Part shown: piece by piece, positions 1 through 7,325 of the stretch
How positions within the stretch are numbered: the first letter of the stretch is position 1
Layout of the letters: each line of letters begins with the position of its first letter
NCBI GenBank assembly: GCA_036565725.1
Contig: DATCXQ010000398.1
Span: forward strand, 1 to 60,378
DNA from: Blastocatellia bacterium
GTDB taxonomy: Bacteria; Acidobacteriota; Blastocatellia; RBC074
DNA length: 60,378 nucleotides
Direction: 5' to 3'
Translations under genes and position numbers: made by a program
The notes under the pieces: generated by a model
Seen by the model: only the letters and a program-made list of their open reading frames with translations
Database searches by the model: none
What the model was told of the DNA's origin: nothing

Positions 1-489
1 CCACAAATCGGCCGTGGCCGTGAATGACGCGTCCGGCGCGGGCGCCTGATATTGATTGTCGGGTTCGAGCAGCAGTATCACGCCCCAGTCGCGCCGCTCA
101 TAGTCCGCCATCAGCCAGCAGTCTTCAAATTCCTCTCTAGAGTAGACAGTCAACCCGGCCGCCGGATCCGCGATGTAAACACGATCGCCGCGAATACGAT
201 GGACGACTACATAGTGTCCATACGGCCAGAAGACGATGCACGGTAAAGGGGCCTTTTGCTTGAGGTCGTTGAACGAAATCTTGACGCTCAGGGTACGAAA
301 CCCCAGGCGCTCCGCCCCATGGGCGATGGCCGAAAGCGAACTGCCCTGCCGGTCGTGTGGACATACCTCGCGGATAAACTGCCGCGGAAACTCTCGCCCG
401 TGATACCGCGCGATCATGTCGAGACACGCCAAACCGCAATCCATCTTGTCAAGCTGATAGCTTATGGGAAAACGTTTTCGCCAAAACAT
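1..489 (-). CDS. Peptidase C39 domain-containing ABC transporter (double-glycine leader-cleaving RiPP/bacteriocin exporter); N-terminal 163 aa only, gene runs off the window
   Basis: Absent from the ORF track because there is no stop in the window. Manual minus-strand translation from ATG at 489 gives MFWRKRFPISYQLDKMDCGLACLDMIARYHGREFP...PCIVFWPYGHYVVVHRIRGDRVYIADPAAG. It carries the C39 catalytic Cys (DCGLACL), His (GHYVVV) and Asp (IADP) motifs. It starts 14 nt after the stop of the SPASM gene on the same strand. Confidence 0.8.
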   Translation of the reverse strand, partial: MFWRKRFPISYQLDKMDCGLACLDMIARYHGREFPRQFIREVCPHDRQGSSLSAIAHGAERLGFRTLSVKISFNDLKQKAPLPCIVFWPYGHYVVVHRIRGDRVYIADPAAGLTVYSREEFEDCWLMADYERRDWGVILLLEPDNQYQAPAPDASFTATADLW

Positions 490-502
490 AGCTTTTTCTG
501 AC

Positions 503-1552
503 CTACGCGGAGATTACCTCGGCGCCCTGGCTTCCTGGTTCTTTCCACTTGGCGGTATAAGGATCATAGGAACATTTTGCAGGCTTCGAATAGGGGTTCC
601 CGCTTTCACGCGTGTAAGCCCTGCAATCCGTACAGACATAACGGAACTCGCAATCACGACAGACTTCCACCTGATCCTTGGTAATCCGACTCATCTGCAC
701 CAATCGCGGATCATTCACCGCCCTCGCCAGACTGGTATGGCGGATGTTACCCAATGAATCTTTCATTGACGGACAGTGTCGGATTTCTCCGTCAGCGGCG
801 ACGCTGATCTTTTTGTTGAGACAGGTATTGAATTGCAGAGCCTCGGTGAAGTGCTCCAGGCAAGGCGAAAAAAAGGCCGGAGATACTTCGCCGCACGAAT
901 TCGGAGTCACGCGATAAGTATCAAAGACAACCGGAATCGGAAGTGATCCGGCCAGGCTCTGAGATCGGTGCGGGCTGGAATGGACGATAACCTGGGATAC
1001 CACTTGATGGCGCCGGCAGAATTCGATCAGCGAATCTGTCGTCAGTTCCGCCTGATATCCGATTATCATTTCAAGGTGGCGCAACCGCCCACTCTCCGCG
1101 GCAAGCAAGATTGTCTCCAGTTGCTCGAATGACAGCGGGTCATAGGCGCGCACCTGTACGGCCTGACATCCCAGATCTTCGAGCTGAGAGAAGATGTCCT
1201 GATAACTGTGATTTGAGCGGCTGGTGACATCGATAATCGCATTGGTCACGGCCTCAGGTCTTCTCCACGAAAGATCCAGTTCAGGGAAAAGCTCGGGATC
1301 TTCAAACCAATCTCCATAGCCTCGCTCAACGAGCAGGTTAAAATACTCATCGATGATCTCGCCGCACTGCGGCGTGAAATGCCGTTTAATCTCCGGCGCC
1401 GGCAGCCCCTTATATTCCGTGAGAATTTTGAAGAGATCATTCGGGATCAGTTGTATTCGCCAGTTCTGAAGGTCACAGATCGAGCTTCTGCGAGAACCTT
1501 TTACTGGTATGCAGTTGGCGTATAGCATGAAGATATCATCTCTTTCCTTCAT
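503..1552 (-). CDS. SPASM-domain peptide maturase of the 'grasp-with-spasm' type; no radical-SAM CxxxCxxC motif
   Basis: The C-terminus has a Cys-rich SPASM signature (NSCGE, SPCLE, NTCLN, RHCPS, CRDCEFRYVCTDCRA, AKCSY). The N-terminus begins FMLYANCIPVKG, typical of this family as I recall it. No CxxxCxxC occurs anywhere in the N-terminal 250 aa. Start moved from 1621 to the ATG at 1552, which has GGAGG 9 nt upstream. Confidence 0.75.
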   Translation of the reverse strand: MKERDDIFMLYANCIPVKGSRRSSICDLQNWRIQLIPNDLFKILTEYKGLPAPEIKRHFTPQCGEIIDEYFNLLVERGYGDWFEDPELFPELDLSWRRPEAVTNAIIDVTSRSNHSYQDIFSQLEDLGCQAVQVRAYDPLSFEQLETILLAAESGRLRHLEMIIGYQAELTTDSLIEFCRRHQVVSQVIVHSSPHRSQSLAGSLPIPVVFDTYRVTPNSCGEVSPAFFSPCLEHFTEALQFNTCLNKKISVAADGEIRHCPSMKDSLGNIRHTSLARAVNDPRLVQMSRITKDQVEVCRDCEFRYVCTDCRAYTRESGNPYSKPAKCSYDPYTAKWKEPGSQGAEVISA

Positions 1553-1734
1553 CCGGCTTGGCCTCCATTTTTCCCAGCGGCAAGGGCCTCGAGATATGTT
1601 TGTAGAAAGTGAAGCACCCATAAAAGTCCGAGCGTGCGGCGGCGCTTTTGCGAAACCTGGTTGAATATTCGGGCCGTGGCGCCTCCTCCATCATCATCAT
1701 GTGCATGGGAAGCTGCGCTTCTTCGGCGAAGTGT

Positions 1735-2760
1735 TTAGCTCGTGGGTTTTTCTGTTTCATAAAGACGGTCGGCCAGGGCTCTGGCCACTTTCTCTTCAAG
1801 AAAATAGTTACAGGGTTCCGAAACCATTCCGAATTGACCAACCGGATTGACTTCGAGAAAGACGTCGCGCCCGTCCACGGTACGAATCATGTCGATTGAT
1901 CCGGTATCGAGACGTAGAGCTTTCATCAACGACCTCAACCTGTCTTCGACCTGCGGCTGTAGTCGATAAGGGACAGTTCTCGTAGGACGATCGTATGAAT
2001 ATTTCCTGAAATCTGTCTGCGTCATGACGTTGTCTTGGGTAAACATCGCCATGCTGTAGCATTCGCCGTCCAGGTAGAAAATGCGAATCTCATATTTCTT
2101 ACGGAGTTTTTCCTGAAACAGCGAGGGGAAAGTTCCTTGCCAAGCCTCATTTACTAAAAACTCCTCCGACACGGAAGAAGTGTAGTTGGCATAGAGCTTT
2201 CCATCGAAATTACACATGAGCATCTCGGAAATCGACTTGGTGATGATCTCTCCATGTCTGGCGGCAAATCTACGCGCCTCTTCCATGCTGGTGGTCACGA
2301 TCGTCTCCGGAATGTCCAACCCCATCTCCGCAGCCAGCTTCAGCACCTGCAGTTTGTTAACGGAGGCATTCGCCGGATCACTCAACCATTTTGCGGAAGC
2401 CATGCGCGAGAAGAGAAAGTGGCTGACCCCCTGTAACTCTCGAAAGACGTGTAAATAGGTCGAGTAGATATTGGTTGCGGTCGAGTGCCCGTGATCTCTA
2501 AAGAGGTCAGCACTCCGGTATGAGTTTCTATACGCCCAGCGGCGATACCAGACCACTCTTATTTCATCAGTTACCATGGTTACACCGTCAATCGCCAGAC
2601 GATCTTTCACACCTGTATTGCCGATTGAAATTAACATGCCGCCACGGCTGTCAATATCTGACCCGTTGATCCGAATAAAGGGGACTTTCCATGACCGGAG
2701 CCAGTCCATCACCTCCTCAGTGGAGGTCTCTACCTGAGAATGACTTAAAATACAGATCAT
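1735..2760 (-). CDS. ATP-grasp peptide maturase ('grasp-with-spasm' type, graspetide-like macrocyclase)
   Basis: 341 aa. The N-terminus MICILSHSQVETSTEEVMDWLRSW resembles the pre-ATP-grasp region of RiPP ATP-grasp ligases. The C-terminus has ATP-grasp-like segments (YEIRIFYLDGECYSMAMF, FLEVNPVGQFG). It lies directly upstream of the SPASM gene. Confidence 0.75.
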   Translation of the reverse strand: MICILSHSQVETSTEEVMDWLRSWKVPFIRINGSDIDSRGGMLISIGNTGVKDRLAIDGVTMVTDEIRVVWYRRWAYRNSYRSADLFRDHGHSTATNIYSTYLHVFRELQGVSHFLFSRMASAKWLSDPANASVNKLQVLKLAAEMGLDIPETIVTTSMEEARRFAARHGEIITKSISEMLMCNFDGKLYANYTSSVSEEFLVNEAWQGTFPSLFQEKLRKKYEIRIFYLDGECYSMAMFTQDNVMTQTDFRKYSYDRPTRTVPYRLQPQVEDRLRSLMKALRLDTGSIDMIRTVDGRDVFLEVNPVGQFGMVSEPCNYFLEEKVARALADRLYETEKPTS

Positions 2761-2871
2761 AAGCGCTCATGACGATTGCTTCTCGCCGCCCTGCGCCACA
2801 CTGATATGCGCCGGCGACGCGGTTTGAAAAATAATGCAGGGTCGCTACCTCTTTATGTTGAAATGAAAATG

Positions 2872-4659
2872 TTACCCGGCGCCTTGGTTTAGCGCCCCTA
2901 AAGCTTCTTCTATCACTTCAATTTCGTATATATTCGGTTCAATTGTGACGAGACCTTCTCCGCGACGACACACGTATCTGCCGTCATCATCCTTAGTGAA
3001 CCCGGCCTGAAGGAATAAGTGTCGACAGGGTTCGTTATAGTGGGTCTCGACAATACGGCCCCAGACATCACACTTTGCCCAGCGACAATGACGTAAGACT
3101 GACACGAGGAAGACCGTCTCTACTTTGAGGCCAAGCACCCGGCAGCTCATCACGAAAGTGTCAATCTCTCCCGCTCTAATCAGGCATACGCCGACCAGTC
3201 CATAATTGGTGAATTTATCGGCCACTTCCATTGTGTAGAGTTCTGTGTCTGGAGAAGATAAGAAGGCGCGTATCGCGCTGACATCGTAAGAGGTTTGAGT
3301 AGTGTTGAATTGATGCGTCCTCCGGATTAGCTCGGCGACGCGATCCAGTTTAGCCCCAGCTCGGACAAGCGTGACACGTACTTTGATTCGCAAACTTTGT
3401 AGAAACGATCGCTCGTCGATACTCGTCCGACGTTCCTCCTCGCGACGAAGTTGCGCTTTGGTCATCGTAGTGCGCGATTGCGCTTCTTGGGTAAGAGATA
3501 CCACCTCCATGCGCGGGTCAGACAGGAGGTTATAGCGCGTGGTTGTCGAACGCGAGTCTAAGACCGTCATCTCCGGGTGAAATTGCTTAACCTCCTCGCG
3601 CTCTACAGGGTGATCATCTATGAAGATAAAGGAATCCTTCGTAAAGCCCAGCATCGATATGATCTCTCGAACGTTTTCTGATTTTCGTTCCCAATTAATC
3701 TTATGAATGACAAAGTCGTCCGGTTCGAGAATGTAATTAAAGCCATAAGATTTGGCGGACGTTGCCAATTCGGCCCAAGGACCAATAACATTTTCCTGAG
3801 TGTTCTTACTGCATGACGCCAATAGGATTCCTTTCTCTTTTGCAAGTTTCAGCGCCTCATGCAATCCTCCGAATTCCGACATGGCCATCTCCAAAACATT
3901 AATTTGCTGCTTCCCATTTCCGATCTCTCCCGGCCAAAGTGTGTTATCTAAATCGGTGATGATGCACTTAATCCTTCCTCGCCCAGTCCACATCCTGAAG
4001 ATATCGAGATATTCCATGGCCATCACCACTAACGGTTTGTGATTTAACGGAGACCGTTCAGTGGTCAGGTTGTAAGGCTGAGCGCCCATGTAGTTCACAT
4101 AAGCCCCCGGGGAGTAATCCAGCAGTTGTCGCTTACCCAAGTTAGCGAATATCCGTTCTTCGTCGATGAAGAATGCGTTGGGGTTATCGCGAATCAGATT
4201 GCAGATGTGCTCGTTAACCTCAAATAGTATCCGCCTATAACTTACTTCCGAACGAAATTCCATTCTCCCACGGGGAAGGAGGGGTGGGCCGGCAAGTCCC
4301 TGTACAAGTATGAGACGCCCCGAAGACTTTGACAGAGCTGCTTGAATCGTAACAGTCAGATAGTCTTTAATCGCTTCGACTCGTTCTAAACGAGACGCCT
4401 CATCAATGACGGCCGAGGTATCCCAAAGTGGATTCAGTACGTTAATATTCCATGGGTACAGGATAATGATATCGGATGAATGTTGATCTATAACGTCTAA
4501 ATCCTTCGCGGTAACAGCGACTCCATCTACCGTTATTCCCTGCGAGGAAGCAACCTTCTTCAACACCTCCAATCGACGCGCCGCAAGGCAATCGGCGAGC
4601 ATCACCACACAGAGAGAATAATTATCGGCGCCCGATATTTTGTCTGTTTTGGCGGTCAT
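2872..4659 (-). CDS. FkbH-like HAD-IIIC phosphatase-family protein with C-terminal GNAT-like acyltransferase domain
   Basis: The HAD motif I context CIITDLDNTLWPGEIG and later FIFIDDHPVEREEV are typical of the FkbH/HAD-IIIC subfamily. The C-terminal ~140 aa (NYGLVGVCLIRAGEIDTFVMSCRVLGLKVE) look GNAT-like. Start set at the internal ATG at 4659 (MTAKTDKISG); the ORF track starts at 4746. Confidence 0.65.
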   Translation of the reverse strand: MTAKTDKISGADNYSLCVVMLADCLAARRLEVLKKVASSQGITVDGVAVTAKDLDVIDQHSSDIIILYPWNINVLNPLWDTSAVIDEASRLERVEAIKDYLTVTIQAALSKSSGRLILVQGLAGPPLLPRGRMEFRSEVSYRRILFEVNEHICNLIRDNPNAFFIDEERIFANLGKRQLLDYSPGAYVNYMGAQPYNLTTERSPLNHKPLVVMAMEYLDIFRMWTGRGRIKCIITDLDNTLWPGEIGNGKQQINVLEMAMSEFGGLHEALKLAKEKGILLASCSKNTQENVIGPWAELATSAKSYGFNYILEPDDFVIHKINWERKSENVREIISMLGFTKDSFIFIDDHPVEREEVKQFHPEMTVLDSRSTTTRYNLLSDPRMEVVSLTQEAQSRTTMTKAQLRREEERRTSIDERSFLQSLRIKVRVTLVRAGAKLDRVAELIRRTHQFNTTQTSYDVSAIRAFLSSPDTELYTMEVADKFTNYGLVGVCLIRAGEIDTFVMSCRVLGLKVETVFLVSVLRHCRWAKCDVWGRIVETHYNEPCRHLFLQAGFTKDDDGRYVCRRGEGLVTIEPNIYEIEVIEEALGALNQGAG

Positions 4660-4843
4660 TCTAGTTTGTCCCCAATGCGGAGGTTTTGAAGTAACTGCCG
4701 CGTTGTAACCTTTCGACCGGCAATGATTAGTGAAAAGCCGTACCATGCGATTATTAGCTCGCGGCCGTCGCTGAGGTATGTCATAGCTGCGTCAGCGGCG
4801 ATTTAGCGGTCAATTCGGCCGTCTCTGACCACGATTATCAATT

Positions 4844-4874
4844 GCGCACCCTGATCTTTACGATCAGGATGCGC
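4844..4874 (-). terminator. Hairpin 25 nt downstream of the precursor stop codon; possible attenuator or partial terminator between precursor and enzyme genes
   Basis: GCGCACCCTGATC-tttac-GATCAGGATGCGC forms a 13-bp stem with one mismatch. No clear U-tract follows on the minus strand, so at most a weak or partial terminator or an RNA-stabilising stem. Confidence 0.3.
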
Positions 4875-4898
4875 ATATGATAGCTAGGGGAACATCAA

Positions 4899-5099
4899 TT
4901 AGAACTCGTAATCGACGTCCGCATCCACCTGCGGGTTGAAACCGCCGTTATCGTTGGTGGCGACGAAACTACTGGCGCTCCCGCTGAGTTTGGGCTTTCC
5001 TCCGACGATCCATGAAGCATCTTCCAGATCAAAGGAGTTGAACATCTCACTATTAATACTTTCGAGTTCTCCGCGATTTACTGTTTCTTTCTCTTTCAT
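4899..5099 (-). CDS. RiPP precursor peptide with double-glycine leader (66 aa)
   Basis: MKEKETVNRGELESINSEMFNSFDLEDASWIVGG | KPKLSGSASSFVATNDNGGFNPQVDADVDYEF. The ATG at 5099 is preceded by AAGGA 7 nt upstream. The acidic, helical-looking leader ends in IVGG. The core is rich in Lys/Ser/Thr and Asp/Glu. It is the first gene of the operon that ends in a C39-ABC exporter. Confidence 0.65.
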   Translation of the reverse strand: MKEKETVNRGELESINSEMFNSFDLEDASWIVGGKPKLSGSASSFVATNDNGGFNPQVDADVDYEF

Positions 5100-5309
5100 G
5101 TGATTTCCTTTCATTTGTTGACGGCCGGCAAAAAGCCGCGCCATGCGATTACCCCGGCGCCAGAGCAGAAGTCAGTGACATCCTATGTCGCTGACACCCT
5201 GCAGTCGGAAAAACTCTGACCAACAGGTAGGCCTCATTTTCTACGACTAACACCGGGCCTTGATTACTGAGGCGCATTCACTTTATAGCACTGACTCATT
5301 CTGATTTCC

Positions 5310-5345
5310 TTGATAAATCGCAACCCCGCGCTTGATAAATAGCAA
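5310..5345. promoter_or_regulatory. Two FNR/CRP-like boxes (TTGAT-N4-xxCAA), 22 bp apart, upstream of the precursor gene
   Basis: TTGATAAATCGCAA (5310-5323) and TTGATAAATAGCAA (5332-5345). Each has one perfect TTGAT half-site and a 3/5 or 4/5 match to ATCAA. The centre-to-centre spacing of 22 bp is two helical turns. They lie between the Crp/Fnr gene stop and the precursor start. Confidence 0.35.
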
Positions 5346-5352
5346 GCCCTGA

Positions 5353-6021
5353 CTACTCTCCAGCTTCCTGAAGTAGCTTCTCGAGGTTAGTTACTATAAT
5401 CCACCCGCGCTCTTGCTCAATTACCTCTTTCTTTGCCAGCTCTGCCAGGAGCCGGCTTAATTGCTCGGGCCGGACTGCCAAAAGACCGGCTATATCGGTC
5501 TTCTTGAGAGGAATATGTATTCTGATTTTGCCATTCGAATGCGGAATACGCGGTGAAATGTGTCTTAACAGGTAGCTGGCGAGACGTTGGCGAGATGAGG
5601 CCGCCCCGAGCCAGGCGTGCCGTATAACCTGCTCACATGAGTATTTGCTGACGAGTCTAAGTAGGGATTTCGTTAAATCAGGCTCTTGCTCAACGAGTGT
5701 AAGAAACAGGCGCGTGTTCAAACTAATCGCAGAACATGTTGTAAGTGTAGTAGCAGTGACGGTGGCCGGGAGCTGGCTTAAAACTGACGTTATTCCCAAA
5801 ATTTGTACGGCCTCGGCGATTTCGATAACTACCTCGTTGCCACAATATTCCGTGCGAGCCATCTTTACCTTGCCTTCTTCCAGCAAGTATACGCCTCCAA
5901 TTATCTGCTCCTGTCGGAATATTTCTATATTAGGCGGAAATGTATGTAACACGCCGTGTGACCGTATAATATCAAAAGCGGTGTGGCTGTTTTCCTGGGT
6001 AGGCATACCTTCTTTCATCAA
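5353..6021 (-). CDS. Crp/Fnr family transcriptional regulator
   Basis: It has an N-terminal cNMP-binding-like beta-roll (GGVYLLEEGKVKMARTEYCGNEVVIEI) and a C-terminal HTH (KKTDIAGLLAVRPEQLSRLLAEL). Confidence 0.8.
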   Translation of the reverse strand: MMKEGMPTQENSHTAFDIIRSHGVLHTFPPNIEIFRQEQIIGGVYLLEEGKVKMARTEYCGNEVVIEIAEAVQILGITSVLSQLPATVTATTLTTCSAISLNTRLFLTLVEQEPDLTKSLLRLVSKYSCEQVIRHAWLGAASSRQRLASYLLRHISPRIPHSNGKIRIHIPLKKTDIAGLLAVRPEQLSRLLAELAKKEVIEQERGWIIVTNLEKLLQEAGE

Positions 6022-6086
6022 TTTTCAAATGTCCCTTTGTTTACCGCCATTTTATTAACCCGACTTTTCTCTATGGTTGGTAAACC

Positions 6087-6530
6087 GGTCTAAACTGTTT
6101 TGCCACATTTTCGGAATCGTCGGATCATGCCCTGCGTTTTCATGCAAGTTCACTCTCAGTCGGTTCGCATCCAGGCCGTACATAATTGTTCAATGCTTCT
6201 TGAAATCTTAAGGCGCCGTCAGGGGCAACCACGGTGTACTGAGCCAGGCGAATGTCCGCTCCACCACCCGGCGTCGGGCTAACATAAGAAAGCCTTTCAT
6301 GCCTCCCGGGCGTTTGACGATCTCCAAATCGATCTGTGAGGTTGATGTAAAAGATGGCGTTAATGGTCAGACGCATATCAGTTTGATGCTTCCGTCCTTC
6401 GGGTTTCGCGGCTGAGATCAGGCCGTTGATATACTTCCGTTCTGGGTCGGTCAGGTCGCTCAAGTAAAGTTGGTGGCTAACCCCGCTATACTATCAAGGC
6501 CGACCGAGACTTCTAAAACACGCTCTAGAC
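6087..6530 (-). mobile_element. Internally deleted IS5-family insertion sequence remnant
   Basis: Imperfect terminal inverted repeats: GGTCTAAACTGTTTTGCCACATTTTCGGAATCG at 6087-6119 versus the reverse complement of 6501-6530 (GTCTAGAGCGTGTTTTAGAAGTCTCGGTCG). They enclose fragments of a transposase ORF. Confidence 0.4.
6140..6463 (-). pseudogene. IS5-family transposase remnant (N-terminal ~37 aa joined out of frame to a C-terminal fragment)
   Basis: The N-terminus [37 protein letters not shown] resembles IS5-family OrfA starts. A second frame further downstream reads [11 protein letters not shown], the conserved IS5-family C-terminal motif. The whole catalytic core is missing. Confidence 0.45.
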
Positions 6531-6631
6531 AGTTAAGTTATCGAAACCGGCGGCATATTACCGGCGGCGGGCGCGAGCTTTCAAAAAATTCTTCTCGGCG
6601 CCGCTTCATAGCCTTTTCCCCGATTGGTTAA

Positions 6632-6676
6632 CCGTAGTGTCCAGTGCCGTAGTGTCCAGTGCCGTAGTGTCCAGTG
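6632..6676. repeat. Perfect 15-bp tandem repeat x3 (CCGTAGTGTCCAGTG)
   Basis: Read directly from the sequence: three identical contiguous units. Confidence 0.95.
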
Positions 6677-7325
6677 ATTGATGTAGGCTGGGTCAGCGCT
6701 CCCGCCCCGCAAAGGTGTCAGGATCTGGGGCCACGCCAATGGCAAAGCGGTGCGCCACGTCCGTGACGAGAACTTGCGGCGGGTCCGATCAAGATTCAAA
6801 TTGTAAGGCGCAGCCCCGGCGGTTTTGGGCAGCGAGACGCTCCGGCTGTAAGCAATCCCGACCACTAAGAGCGCCAAGTTCCCCAGGCGCAACTTAAGCC
6901 CTTTACTCGACCTGGTATTGCTCGTGATAGTCCGACGCCGCTTCGCTCAATATTATTTCCCCGCAGATGGCTCACATGCATGATATTATCCCGCCGTGCG
7001 GTAACGGCCACCATCTGCCTGCTTAGTCTCTTAACCTTCGGCGATTTCCTCGACCACCGTCGGCTCGATGCCAGGCGAGTCAATCCGTTTTTGCATGCCC
7101 GATGTCATACTCATACACTAATACAGGCGTCGTTTATTATCCGAAATGCTAACGCAGATGAAATATTCTTTGGTACAACTCTGGGACAGACGAAGGTGAT
7201 TAAGGGGTAGATGTAGAGTTTCTTGGCCTGTGTCAGTTTTTTTCGTCTGTTCGGTAATCCTCTTGCCTCCCTGGCTAAAAAGTATTTGGGCTTTTTACTC
7301 GGATCAGGCGACACTGGATGGTTTT

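Noticed and set aside
1553-1734. 56-codon minus-strand ORF (MHMMMMEEAPRPEYSTRF…) in the 182-nt gap between the ATP-grasp and SPASM genes, possibly a second small peptide
   Set aside because: It has no SD, no leader/core logic and no similarity to the precursor, and it overlaps the SPASM start in another frame. It cannot be supported from sequence alone, though the unusually long gap is worth checking with transcript data.
6581-7314. Several 60-103-aa ORFs on both strands in the long non-coding stretch
   Set aside because: They have no motifs, and one simply translates the 15-bp tandem repeat (HWTLRHWTLRHWTLR). The region is treated as degenerate or non-coding.
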